From contig DYFC01000010.1 of NCBI GenBank assembly GCA_020725385.1, positions 1 to 64,000 of the forward strand: a DNA stretch of 64,000 nucleotides. The letters are read 5' to 3'. Shown here in pieces: positions 32,810 through 44,426 of the stretch. Each line of letters begins with the position of its first letter. The stretch's first letter is position 1. The notes below the pieces were generated by a model. That model did no database searches and was not told where the DNA came from. It was given only the letters and a program-made list of their open reading frames with translations. Source of the stretch: Nitrospira japonica (GTDB lineage: Bacteria > Nitrospirota > Thermodesulfovibrionia > Thermodesulfovibrionales > SM23-35). A program made the translations under genes and the position numbers.

Positions 32810-34228
32810 TTATCTTTCATTGTAATGTGTAATAATTTGTTCTGCCAGATGAATAGCATCTTCATGATTCTTTATTTTTCCACTATCCTGGGCTTCTCTG
32901 ATTCTGCTAATTATTTTTCCGATTTCGGGGCCCTGTTTTACTCCTAATTTTATAATATCATTTCCGGTTATAAGATTAGGTGCGCTTATTTTCTCTTTTA
33001 TCCAGTCAAAATAATCTAAGATAAGCCTCTTCAAAGAAAGAATCTGACTACTCTTGATTTCTTCTGTAGAATCCCTGCCATTTGAACTCATAACATCGGC
33101 TATGGAGAGAACAAGAACAGCGATTGAATCCTCCTTCATTCTGTGAAACCATTTTATTTTTGTTAGTTTTTTTGCGCGTCTAAGAGCAAAGTTAAGGGCA
33201 TTCATATGTTCTGCTATCATTTTTAAAATAAACTCCGAGTCAGCCCTTGAAAATTTCAGACGTCTGGCGATATTTAAAAATATCTTTGCTCCTTCTTTAT
33301 CATGTCCATAAAAAGTTATTTTGCTTTTCTTTAAATTGAATGCTTTTGTTGAAGGCTTGCCAATATCATGTAATAATGCAGAAAGTTTCAGTAATTTTCC
33401 TTTTTTATTATCTATTATTTCTGATATTTTATTTCCATATGTACCAAAAATTTCTGATAAATTATTCAAAATACTCTCTGCATTTTCCATCGTAAGCAAT
33501 GAATGCTCCCAAACATCAAGATGATGAAATCCATTTTGCTTACATTTTTTCATTGGTACTATTTCAGGAAATATAATGTCAAGAACGCCAAACTTATCCA
33601 TTTCCCTGAAGGTTGAACTGCTTCTGGAAGTAGCCAAAATAAGATAAATTTCGTACATTATTCTTTCCGCTGAAACATTTTCAAGCAAAGCCACAGAACT
33701 TTCCAATTGATTTAGAGTTGAATTCTCTATTTTAAATTCAAAAAACGAAGAAAAACGAAATGCTCTTAGAATTCGTAAAGGGTCATCAAAAAAACTTTTA
33801 TCACCGGTCATGCAAATTATTTTCTCTTTTAAATCTTTCTCACATTGGAAGGGATCAATTATTTTACCGGATGTTATTTCGATTGCTCCGGAATTTATAG
33901 TGAAATCTCTTTTTGCAAGGTCCTCTTCAATGGTCTTCCCCCGCATTTCTGATATATCAATAAAACTTGAAATATCATCTCTGTCAACAACTCTATAGCA
34001 GGGTTCATCGGCCTTTTTCTCAAAAGGCACAAAAGTAGCATTTTTTCTCTTTGAAATTTCAAGAGCTATTTCTTTAGCATTTTTGCATGTAATATCAATA
34101 TCTTTCGGCTCTTTTCCTAATAGAATATCCCGTACTGTACCACCTACGAGATAGAATTCTGTCTTTTCGAGAATATCCCTGTCAAGCCATTTCCTAACTA
34201 TATAATCCATTTTTATCATATTTTCCAT
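32810..34228 (-). CDS. tRNA nucleotidyltransferase / poly(A) polymerase family protein with HD domain
   Basis: VGGTVRD..DIDI, RDFTINS, DPLRILRA, SAERI, H..DVWEHS and LLHDIGKP. Confidence 0.88.
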   Translation of the reverse strand: MENMIKMDYIVRKWLDRDILEKTEFYLVGGTVRDILLGKEPKDIDITCKNAKEIALEISKRKNATFVPFEKKADEPCYRVVDRDDISSFIDISEMRGKTIEEDLAKRDFTINSGAIEITSGKIIDPFQCEKDLKEKIICMTGDKSFFDDPLRILRAFRFSSFFEFKIENSTLNQLESSVALLENVSAERIMYEIYLILATSRSSSTFREMDKFGVLDIIFPEIVPMKKCKQNGFHHLDVWEHSLLTMENAESILNNLSEIFGTYGNKISEIIDNKKGKLLKLSALLHDIGKPSTKAFNLKKSKITFYGHDKEGAKIFLNIARRLKFSRADSEFILKMIAEHMNALNFALRRAKKLTKIKWFHRMKEDSIAVLVLSIADVMSSNGRDSTEEIKSSQILSLKRLILDYFDWIKEKISAPNLITGNDIIKLGVKQGPEIGKIISRIREAQDSGKIKNHEDAIHLAEQIITHYNER

Positions 34229-34275
34229 ATTTTTTGTAATGGTGTATTATATTATCTAACATTTTTTTAAAATAG

Positions 34276-36318
<2,043 letters not shown>

Positions 36319-36338
36319 ATAAAGGAGGTGGATTTAAA

Positions 36339-36713
36339 ATGAAAGCTTTAACTTTAGGTATGGTCTTGATTTGTGTATTAATTACAGCAGCAGGATGTGC
36401 TTCTAAGGGAACCGGACACATTGAAAGCATTGCAAGCGCTGAACTCGGAATTAAAATAGCAAAAGATAGCAATGCGACAATTAACGCACCTCTTGAACTC
36501 AAATTTGCCGAGGACAAGCTGTCTGCTGCAAGAATAGCAGCAACCAGAGAGGATTTTGTAACCGCAAAACGTCTTGCTGATGAGGCTCTGGTTGACGCCA
36601 AGCTTGCCGAGTCAAAATCAATTACAATCAAAGCAAAAAAACAGGCACAGGAAATGCGTGATGCTATAGATACATTACGCAAAGAAATTGACCGCACACA
36701 AATGCAGAAATAA
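36339..36713 (+). CDS. DUF4398-like lipoprotein
   Basis: Lipobox AAGC; APLEL..AEDKL..A..LA..A.VDA.LA. Confidence 0.8.
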   Translation: MKALTLGMVLICVLITAAGCASKGTGHIESIASAELGIKIAKDSNATINAPLELKFAEDKLSAARIAATREDFVTAKRLADEALVDAKLAESKSITIKAKKQAQEMRDAIDTLRKEIDRTQMQK

Positions 36714-36732
36714 TAAACATGGAGAAAATGCT

Positions 36733-38367
36733 ATGAAAAATCATTTATATAATTTAACCAAAGGATTTTTACTCTTTTTTATTGCTTCAGTTTTTGCTGC
36801 AGGATGTGCAACTGTACCTGAAAGAAATGTTGCACTTGAAAATGCACGCGCAATATATGAAAAGGCTCAAGCAAACCCTGAAGTCTCAAAAAATGCTCCT
36901 GTAGCTTTGCATGAAGCTGCCCAGGCACTTAATAGAGCAGAGAAGGCAAAGAACAATGAGGAAAAAACACATCTTGCATATATAGCAGAAAAAATGGCTC
37001 AAATAGCTATTTCACTGGCCGAACAAAAAACATCGGAAAAAGAAGCTGAAGAGTTAAGTCAGGAGAAAAACAAGATAGTTCTTCAGGCTCGCGAGATTGA
37101 ACTTAAGAAAGCGCTTAATTTAGCTGAAGCAAGATTGCAGGATGCAGAACGTGCAAGAAAGCAGGCAGAAACAAAAGCTCTTGAATTAGAAAAATCCAAA
37201 GGGGAAGCTGAACTGCTTGCACGACAGGCCGAAGCTGCAAAAAAAGAGATAGAAGCAAGAATTATTGAGCTTGAAAGAGCAAAAAAAGAAGCTGAAATTC
37301 TTGCACAACAAAGGGAAGAAGCAAGAAAAGCTGCTGAAAATTCTGCTGTTCAGGCTGAACTTGCAAGAAAAGAAGCAGAAGCAAGGGCAATTGAACTTGA
37401 AAAAGCAAAACAACTGGCTGAAACAAGAGCTATCGAAATTCAAAGAGCCAAAGAACAGGTTGAATCTCTTGCAAGGATAAACGAAATAGCGAGAAAGGAA
37501 GCAGAGGCAAAAGCTCTTGAAATAGAACGTACAAAAGGACAGGTTGACTCTCTCTTAAAACAGAATGAAGCTGCAAAGAAAGAACTCGAGGCAAGAGAAA
37601 TTGAGATCGAAAGAGCTAAAAAATTAGCAGAAGCATTAGCCCAGCAAAACGAAGCTGCAAGAAGAGAAGCCGAAGCAAGAGCACTTGAGATTGAAAGAGC
37701 TAAAAAATTAGCAGAAACACTGACACAGCAAAACGAAGCTGCAAAGAAAGAACTCGAAGCAAGAGAAATTGAGCTTAAAAAAATAAGGGGCGAAGCAGAA
37801 GAAAAGACCATCGAGGCTGAAAAAGCAAGAAAAGAAGCCGAGAAAAAAGCCTTTGAGCTTGCCAAGGCAAGAGAAGAGACTGAAATCAAGAAACTTGAAG
37901 CAGAAATGGCGCGCAGTAAAATTGAAGAAACAATGGCTCAAAGAAGACTTCTTGAAAAAGAATTAAGTGAGCTAAAAGCTAAACAGACTGACAGGGGCAT
38001 AGTGCTTACTCTTGGGGATATTCTTTTTGAAACAGGAAAAGCCAATTTAATGCCAGGCGCCAGAAGAACAATCAACACAATCGCAGATTTTTTAAAGAAA
38101 TACCCTAAAAGGAATATTGTTATCGAAGGATTTACTGACAATGTAGGCAACGACAAATTTAATATCAAGCTCTCACAGCGTAGAGCCAGTGCAGTAAGAA
38201 CTGCTTTAATGAATAAAGGCATTTCCTCCGATAGAATTGCAGTAAAAGGATATGGTAAACAATATCCTGTAGCTACAAACAAGACAGCAGAAGGAAGACA
38301 ACAAAACAGAAGAGTAGAAATAGTAATACTCGATGAAGGTGTTCCTGCAGAAAAAATGTTACGCTAA
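36733..38367 (+). CDS. OmpA-family lipoprotein with very long coiled coil
   Basis: Lipobox AAGC; DUF4398-like start; about 300 aa of A/E/K heptads; OmpA_C motifs EGFTD..LSQRRA..NRRVE. Confidence 0.88.
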   Translation: MKNHLYNLTKGFLLFFIASVFAAGCATVPERNVALENARAIYEKAQANPEVSKNAPVALHEAAQALNRAEKAKNNEEKTHLAYIAEKMAQIAISLAEQKTSEKEAEELSQEKNKIVLQAREIELKKALNLAEARLQDAERARKQAETKALELEKSKGEAELLARQAEAAKKEIEARIIELERAKKEAEILAQQREEARKAAENSAVQAELARKEAEARAIELEKAKQLAETRAIEIQRAKEQVESLARINEIARKEAEAKALEIERTKGQVDSLLKQNEAAKKELEAREIEIERAKKLAEALAQQNEAARREAEARALEIERAKKLAETLTQQNEAAKKELEAREIELKKIRGEAEEKTIEAEKARKEAEKKAFELAKAREETEIKKLEAEMARSKIEETMAQRRLLEKELSELKAKQTDRGIVLTLGDILFETGKANLMPGARRTINTIADFLKKYPKRNIVIEGFTDNVGNDKFNIKLSQRRASAVRTALMNKGISSDRIAVKGYGKQYPVATNKTAEGRQQNRRVEIVILDEGVPAEKMLR

Positions 38368-38378
38368 AAATATATCCG

Positions 38379-38457
38379 GAGTCTGTGTATAAACACTTCG
38401 TTTGTCTTTTCCGGGTCAGTTAAGAATTTATAAGATAAACGGGATATACACAGACTC
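38379..38457. repeat. 79-bp inverted-repeat element (MITE-like or bidirectional terminator)
   Basis: Perfect 13-bp IR GAGTCTGTGTATA..TATACACAGACTC with inner CGTTTGTCTT/AAGATAAACG pairing. Confidence 0.65.
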
Positions 38458-38460
38458 TAC

Positions 38461-39381
38461 CTATAGTCTGCCTTCTTCTTTTAGCCTGCTAACAATTTTC
38501 TGTATTTCTGGTAAGGCTGAGATTGCAGCTTTTTCTCCTTCAAGCACTGCTTCATGTCTTTTCGAGAAATCTGCTGCGCCAATATAGCCGACTTTCGGCT
38601 TTATAACCACATCAGCTTTTGCAAGCTGTATTGAAGATAATTTTGAATACATTATATTTATTGACTGCATAATTGTTTCAATTGTTCCTTTAGGCATTGC
38701 TGATGAGGCATCACCTGAAATATCCACTGCAATTACAACATCAGCTCCCATTTTTCTTGCAGCATCTACTGCAACAGGACTGACAACCCCGCCATCAACA
38801 TACATCTTTCCTGAAATTACCGGAGGAATAAAAACACCTGGAATCGAGCAACTTGCTCTAACAGCAGTACCTGTATTTCCTGTTCCAAATATTACCTCAT
38901 TACCCGTTTGAACATCTGTTGCCACTGCATAAAAAGGTATTCTTAATTTTTCCATGGGAGTATTTCTGAGCATAAAATTGATATATTTTTCGAGTTTCTC
39001 GCCCTTGATAAATCCATTATCAGGAATCCCGAGGTCAACTAAATCATCTTTTTGAAGCTCGAATGAAAATTTCTGGAGTTCGAATGCATTGAATCCGTAA
39101 GCGTATAAAGAACCTACAAAACTTCCTGCGCTTGTTCCTACAACCATATGTATAGGAATCTTATTAGCTTCAAGAATTTTTAAGACGCCAATGTGGGCAA
39201 ATCCCTTTGAAGCTCCGGCTCCAAGAACTACTGCTATCTTTGCTGGTTTTACAGGTGGTTTAGTTTCAACAGGAGCACAGGAAAACGAATTAAAAAAAAT
39301 TAACAATAAAAGAGTAAAAAAGTTAATTCTTTTTATAAAATTTGTGGTACAGATATATTTTGTTTCCAGTAACATAAACAT
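38461..39381 (-). CDS. patatin-like phospholipase, probable lipoprotein
   Basis: GAGASKG, GTSAG and DGG motifs; FSC lipobox-like site; start uncertain. Confidence 0.9.
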   Translation of the reverse strand: MFMLLETKYICTTNFIKRINFFTLLLLIFFNSFSCAPVETKPPVKPAKIAVVLGAGASKGFAHIGVLKILEANKIPIHMVVGTSAGSFVGSLYAYGFNAFELQKFSFELQKDDLVDLGIPDNGFIKGEKLEKYINFMLRNTPMEKLRIPFYAVATDVQTGNEVIFGTGNTGTAVRASCSIPGVFIPPVISGKMYVDGGVVSPVAVDAARKMGADVVIAVDISGDASSAMPKGTIETIMQSINIMYSKLSSIQLAKADVVIKPKVGYIGAADFSKRHEAVLEGEKAAISALPEIQKIVSRLKEEGRL

Positions 39382-39505
39382 TGCTTTAAAGCCCTCATCT
39401 CCGTAGAAACAGTCTAATAATTATATATACCAAAAACATTATAATTAAAGAAATTATGAAAATATTATAGTCCATGTTATCTTCGATTATCTTCAATTTA
39501 AAGGT

Positions 39506-39913
39506 TTATTTAATAACCCGGGACACTATTTTTACAATGAATGTTGCTGATTTAATGGCTTCTTTTGCATCTTTTGAGTCATACTCATCTGTTGGAATAA
39601 AGTCCTCATCCCCATAAAATGCAAGTTCTCTTTCCTTGCGAAGTTTTTTAGAGATTTTTACAATCTTATCGAGTTCCCTGGAAATAAATACAGGCAATAA
39701 AGATTTGTTTTCTTTTAATATCGGGCTTACATCATGCCATTTTGGTGGTTCAATTCCAACATATCTAAGTAAACCCTTCAAAGCAAGTTCGACGATCTCT
39801 TGAGCCTCTCTTATAACATCAGAATAAGCTTCTTCTTTAAAAAGAACATCAAGTATTTTTAATCTTTTAGTTGCCTTAATTAGATAACTCTTTGCCAGAT
39901 TATTTGTTGTCAT
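39506..39913 (-). CDS. HEPN-domain protein
   Basis: REAQEIVELALKG..PPKWH..RELAFYG; overlaps the upstream MNT gene by 4 nt. Confidence 0.85.
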   Translation of the reverse strand: MTTNNLAKSYLIKATKRLKILDVLFKEEAYSDVIREAQEIVELALKGLLRYVGIEPPKWHDVSPILKENKSLLPVFISRELDKIVKISKKLRKERELAFYGDEDFIPTDEYDSKDAKEAIKSATFIVKIVSRVIK

Positions 39914-40374
39914 AGCTCGATTATTTCGCCTGGCTTTAAGTCAGGTTTTAAAATCCAATACCACCTTGTTCCTAAAAAAACTCGTTTTGATCCAAGTTTT
40001 TTAAACTTTATTTTTAAATTTTCAATTTTTCTTTTAAAAAAATCATTTTTATCATAAATAATGATTGAATCGTTAACCATATCAAAAAGAAGGGGGGTTC
40101 CATATTTAATTTCCTCAGGAGTTTTGATAATTGGTGATATATAATGAGGAACATTTTTAACTTTTTCTTCCACATTATCTATAAACTCTTCGATTCTTTT
40201 CATCTTTCTTTTATGGAGTCCTTCAACTATTAATAGCAAATCCATATCTGATTCAGGCGTACATGTGCCTCTTGAAAAAGAACCAAAAATTATCAAACTA
40301 ATAAGTCTCTCCTTGTAATAGTTAAGGACACATTCTTTTATTTCTTTAATATATTTTTTAAAGTCTTTTCTCAT
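39910..40374 (-). CDS. minimal nucleotidyltransferase (MNT)
   Basis: FGSFSRG..ESDMDLL pol-beta motif. Confidence 0.85.
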   Translation of the reverse strand: MRKDFKKYIKEIKECVLNYYKERLISLIIFGSFSRGTCTPESDMDLLLIVEGLHKRKMKRIEEFIDNVEEKVKNVPHYISPIIKTPEEIKYGTPLLFDMVNDSIIIYDKNDFFKRKIENLKIKFKKLGSKRVFLGTRWYWILKPDLKPGEIIEL

Positions 40375-40426
40375 AGAAAAACTATAACAAAATGTAATCA
40401 AATCTGCAAATTATTGTTCATAGTGT

Positions 40427-40587
40427 GAGCAAGTTATGGCAAAAAAAGAGTCAAGATTCCCGGTCACTTATATTTCTTCTGAATAACAATGCGAACCTTT
40501 TCCCCTATCATTCCAAGACCCTCACTCTCTGTCATTCCCGGCGAAGCGAGGAATCTTTAAGCTTTCTAAATTGACTGCGAATTGCTG
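40427..40587. mobile_element. MITE-like element family A, degenerate copy
   Basis: Aligns with 62057-62190; right end ACTGCGAATTGCTG; internal GTCATTCCCGG..GAGGAATCT hairpin. Confidence 0.7.
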
Positions 40588-40631
40588 TTATAGGATAGAA
40601 TTAGCGATAAAACCTGATAATACGCTGTTAT

Positions 40632-41687
40632 TTATTCTTTCCCCATTGGAGTTGCAAGTTTTCGCAATTGCTCCTTTGTAAGTGGTGAACCATATCCTGC
40701 GTATTGTAATCCTAAAAATATCATATTCTCAAATGGCTCCCATTTACCGTTTATATAGTTAAAAGGAATAAATTTATATTCAACTCCTTCAGCAATAGGG
40801 ACGATTCCTTTTGACTGCTTGAGTTCGCCATTTTCAAGCCATGTGAGTACAAAAGAACCGTTTTGTGCTGTTTTTGCATTTTCAGAACCATGACAATCAG
40901 AACATTTTCTCCCTTCTTTCACAACAGAATGACTGTTTTGAGGAGCAAATATAAGAAAAGTTTTATTGTCTTTTAAGACATATGTCTGCATATTTCCAGA
41001 AGTGACCTGACCGTTATAATTAATTAAAAATGTCCAGCCCGAGAGTTTCATATCAACACGTTTTTTATCATTAATCAAGGTTTCAAAATGACAGTTTGTG
41101 CAACTAACTACATGTCTTACATGACATGCGTTGCAATCGAGTCTTCCATTATGTATTTTGTGGGCTGTGGTTTCAGTTAAAGTCTTATGACAATTTTCAC
41201 ATTTTGCATCGATTGCCCCTGTCTGTTTCATAGAATTGTATTCCTTGCCATCTCCATGAACATCCCTTGCAGTATGGCAGTCCATGCATTGCATGCCCTT
41301 TGAAAAATGCACATCTTCCTGTTTATTATCTGAATCTATTTTCATTATTGTTCTTTCTCTTTTATGGCAACTCAAGCAAACATCCTGATTTCTCGCTGCT
41401 TTCACAGTATAGAATGATTTATTCCCCTCAATAGTTTTATGGCAAACATCACATGAACCAATATGGCAATTTATACAATCCAGCTTCTCACTTAAATATG
41501 GCAACCCTGTGTGAGTCTCAAGACCGCCATTTTCTTTATCATACCAGTAAGCCATCCCTTTTGTTGTAAAGTGAAGACTTGAATTAAAAAAAGATTGCTG
41601 GCCTTTTGATTCTGCAGCTATACCAATTCCTGAAATAATTAAAATTAAAAAAATAGCTAAAATAATTCTGTTAACTATCTTTAACAT
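40632..41687 (-). CDS. exported octaheme c-type cytochrome
   Basis: Signal peptide; 8 CxxCH motifs: CINCH, CDVCH, CLSCH, CMDCH, CENCH, CNACH, CTNCH, CSDCH; GGAGG RBS. Confidence 0.9.
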   Translation of the reverse strand: MLKIVNRIILAIFLILIISGIGIAAESKGQQSFFNSSLHFTTKGMAYWYDKENGGLETHTGLPYLSEKLDCINCHIGSCDVCHKTIEGNKSFYTVKAARNQDVCLSCHKRERTIMKIDSDNKQEDVHFSKGMQCMDCHTARDVHGDGKEYNSMKQTGAIDAKCENCHKTLTETTAHKIHNGRLDCNACHVRHVVSCTNCHFETLINDKKRVDMKLSGWTFLINYNGQVTSGNMQTYVLKDNKTFLIFAPQNSHSVVKEGRKCSDCHGSENAKTAQNGSFVLTWLENGELKQSKGIVPIAEGVEYKFIPFNYINGKWEPFENMIFLGLQYAGYGSPLTKEQLRKLATPMGKE

Positions 41688-41714
41688 AAATACCTCCATA
41701 AAATATAAAGATAC

Positions 41715-41882
41715 TCAAACCCTATCGCATGGCCTGCGTGCAATCTTTTCAAGACTTTGCTCATCAACTTCATTGATGTATTCTTTCAAAGGGAATTTTT
41801 TACCGCACTCCATGCAGTTAAATGTAATTACCCTTCAACCTATAATTAACTTTATTTTGCCACCACATTCTTTACATTGCAT
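41715..41882 (-). CDS. dual CxxC motif small selenoprotein (55 aa, UGA read as Sec)
   Basis: Reads MQCKECGGKIKLIIG-U-RVITFNCMECGKKFPLKEYINEVDEQSLEKIARRPCDRV; in-frame TGA at 41835-41837 lies between two CxxC motifs; absent from the ORF track. Confidence 0.8.
41790..41834 (-). promoter_or_regulatory. bacterial SECIS-like hairpin
   Basis: Directly 3' of the UGA: AGGG-U-AAUU..UUUA-ACUGCAU-GGA-GUGCGGU-AAA..AAUUCCCU stem-loop with a G-containing apical loop. Confidence 0.65.
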
Positions 41883-42096
41883 AACGTTATAGTATAACTC
41901 TACTTTATTTTGAAATCCAAGAATAAAATGAAAAAGCAACCAAGTTGCCAAGCTACCAAGATTGTACAGCGTAAGCATATAAAATATGAAATGATAAATT
42001 ACACTTTACACTTTATTTTTCACGTGCTCACTTTTAGCGTCTTTATTACTCTCTGCTCTTCGCTCTTAGCTTGATAGTTTATGGTATTATTAAGTT

Positions 42097-42699
42097 ATGT
42101 TATCACCCGGTGAAGAAAAGGCATGGGAAATACTTGAGAAACTCGATCCTTTAAGTGTATGTAAGAATTCTTTAGCTATATATGATGAAAAGGATAATCA
42201 TTACATTTTAAGAGCATTTGATTCAAATATCTTCATATCCCCCGATAAAAGAACGCTCAGCAGCAATTCGTCTGAAGGTGAAATTCTCATTAACCGTTAT
42301 GGATATTTTTTCGTTCACTCATGTCTTTGGTATTTAATAAAATCTAAAAATATACCTTTTACAGAGAGACTTGTTAGACCTTCTGACATTAAAGATGGAT
42401 CTTCTTTTTTCAAAGGAAGTCATTCACTTCCATTATCAAGACTTGCAGAAAAATATGGCAATGCCAAAGATACTTTTCTTGATAATTCTTATAAATTTGG
42501 GGCGTTATTACAGAATTTTGGGGATGCATCTATAAGACTTTTTCCAATGCCGAGAATTCCTGTCACAGTAATTTTATGGTTAAAGGATGAAGAATTCCCG
42601 GCAAGGGCTGATTTACTTTTCGACTCATCATGTGAAATCCATTTACCTGTTGATATTCTCTGGTCTATAGCAATGTTCAGCATTCTAATTCTATTATGA
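42097..42699 (+). CDS. DUF3786-like protein
   Basis: FFKGSH.LP, GDAS..L.P.PRIP..VILW..DEEFPARA.LLFD. Confidence 0.8.
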   Translation: MLSPGEEKAWEILEKLDPLSVCKNSLAIYDEKDNHYILRAFDSNIFISPDKRTLSSNSSEGEILINRYGYFFVHSCLWYLIKSKNIPFTERLVRPSDIKDGSSFFKGSHSLPLSRLAEKYGNAKDTFLDNSYKFGALLQNFGDASIRLFPMPRIPVTVILWLKDEEFPARADLLFDSSCEIHLPVDILWSIAMFSILILL

Positions 42700-44324
42700 G
42701 CTGGAAGCTTAAAGAGAAAGCTGATTTATTGTTATCAAAAGAACAGGGCACAATATTCAAAGACCCGGGCGGGAAAATTAACATCGCTCTTGTTTATCCA
42801 AATACATACCACATAGGAATGTCGAATCTCGGGTTTCAAGGAATATACGGTCTTTTAAATAACATAAACGATGTTGTCTGCGAGAGAGTTTTTTTACCCG
42901 ATGAAAAAGATATTGAAGAATTCTTTAGGACTAATACAGAACTTTTTTCGCTCGAATCAAAAAGACCTCTTCATAGTTTTGATATTATTGCTTTTTCAAT
43001 CTCTTTTGAGAACGATTATCCAAATATAACAAAAATTTTTGCACTTTCAAGAACACCTTTTTTCAGTTCGAAAAGGACAGAAAAACACCCTTTAATAATT
43101 CTGGGCGGTGTCTGCGCTTTTTTAAATCCAGAACCTGTTGCAGATTTTTTTGATATAGTTTTTATCGGAGAAGCGGATGAAATGCTTCCTGATTTTATAA
43201 ATATATGCAGGGGGTCTGCCGGAAAAGCAGATATATTACATAAATCTCTTTCGATTGAAGGATGTTATATACCTTCTTTTTACAGAATATCTTATACATC
43301 TAATGGAACAATAAAAAAAAGAGAAGCTTTATATGGAGCACCTGATACAATCAAAAGGCGAATTTTCAATGATATTTCAAAATCGAAAATCTTTACATCT
43401 ATAATTACATCTGAAACTGAATTTTCAGAAATGTCTCTAATTGAAGCCATGAGAGGTTGTCCATGGAATTGCAGGTTCTGCGCTGTTGGTAAGATATACA
43501 ATCCGCCAAGAAGAAAAGATTTAACTGTTATTAAAGGAGAAATACAAGAGGCACTTAAAAAGACAGAAAGAGTTGGATTAATAGGACCTTCTCTTTCAGA
43601 TTATCCTTTTATAAAAGAGACCCTTCAGATTGAAGGGGTTGATTTCTCGATCACATCATTGAGGGCAGGGACAAAGAGTACCGAACTTATAAAATTTATG
43701 AAAGGCCATAAAAGTGTCTCAATAGCTCCTGAAGCAGGCACCGACAGATTGCGCAAGGTTATTAATAAGAAAATAACAGAAGATGATATTCTCTTTACTT
43801 CTGAACAACTTTTTCTTGAAGGGATAGAAACTCTACGGCTTTATTTTATGATTGGACTTCCTACCGAGACAGATGAAGATATTAAAGGTATAGTGAACCT
43901 CATCAAAAAAATCAGAGCAATATCTTCCAGAGGTTTTATTACATTAAGTATAAGCACCTTTGTACCAAAGCCTTTTACTCCATTTCAGTGGCATCCTATG
44001 GAGAAAGAAACAGTTGTAAAAAACCGTCTGATGTATATAAAGAAGAGTCTTCTTCAAATTAAGGGTGTTAAAGTATTCCACGATGTTCCTAAATATGCAT
44101 ATATGCAGGGCCTTTTCTCACAAGGCAACAGACATATTTCAAAAGTTTTAGCAGTAATGATAAAACAATCAGATTGGTTGAAAGCAGCTGAAGAGTCCGG
44201 CATTGATAAAGATTTCTTTATTTTCAGAAAAAAGGACTTCTCCGAAATTCTGCCATGGGATTTCATTGATAATAGAATCTCTAAAATCAAGTTATGGGAA
44301 GAATATCAGGAAGCCTTTTCCTGA
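42696..44324 (+). CDS. radical SAM protein (TIGR03960-like)
   Basis: YPNTYHIGMSNLG, CERVF, RGCPWNCRFC (CX3CX2C), APEAG and FVPKPFTPFQW. Confidence 0.88.
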   Translation: MSWKLKEKADLLLSKEQGTIFKDPGGKINIALVYPNTYHIGMSNLGFQGIYGLLNNINDVVCERVFLPDEKDIEEFFRTNTELFSLESKRPLHSFDIIAFSISFENDYPNITKIFALSRTPFFSSKRTEKHPLIILGGVCAFLNPEPVADFFDIVFIGEADEMLPDFINICRGSAGKADILHKSLSIEGCYIPSFYRISYTSNGTIKKREALYGAPDTIKRRIFNDISKSKIFTSIITSETEFSEMSLIEAMRGCPWNCRFCAVGKIYNPPRRKDLTVIKGEIQEALKKTERVGLIGPSLSDYPFIKETLQIEGVDFSITSLRAGTKSTELIKFMKGHKSVSIAPEAGTDRLRKVINKKITEDDILFTSEQLFLEGIETLRLYFMIGLPTETDEDIKGIVNLIKKIRAISSRGFITLSISTFVPKPFTPFQWHPMEKETVVKNRLMYIKKSLLQIKGVKVFHDVPKYAYMQGLFSQGNRHISKVLAVMIKQSDWLKAAEESGIDKDFFIFRKKDFSEILPWDFIDNRISKIKLWEEYQEAFS

Positions 44325-44426
44325 ATTCAGACAATAAAGACATTACTTATATAATCAAAAGTAACGAGTTATCAACCTTGAAAGATAGCAAGCAAACCAG
44401 CAAAAATTGCAGATATTGGATTAAAT

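Noticed and set aside
37441-37800. Tandem repeats as a possible CRISPR or non-coding array
   Set aside because: In-frame 84-nt coding repeats with no unique spacers and no cas genes.
41930-42070. Degenerate 7-8-mer runs (CAAGTTGC-CAAGCTAC, ACACTTT, CTCTGCT)
   Set aside because: Too short and degenerate to distinguish from low-complexity intergenic sequence.
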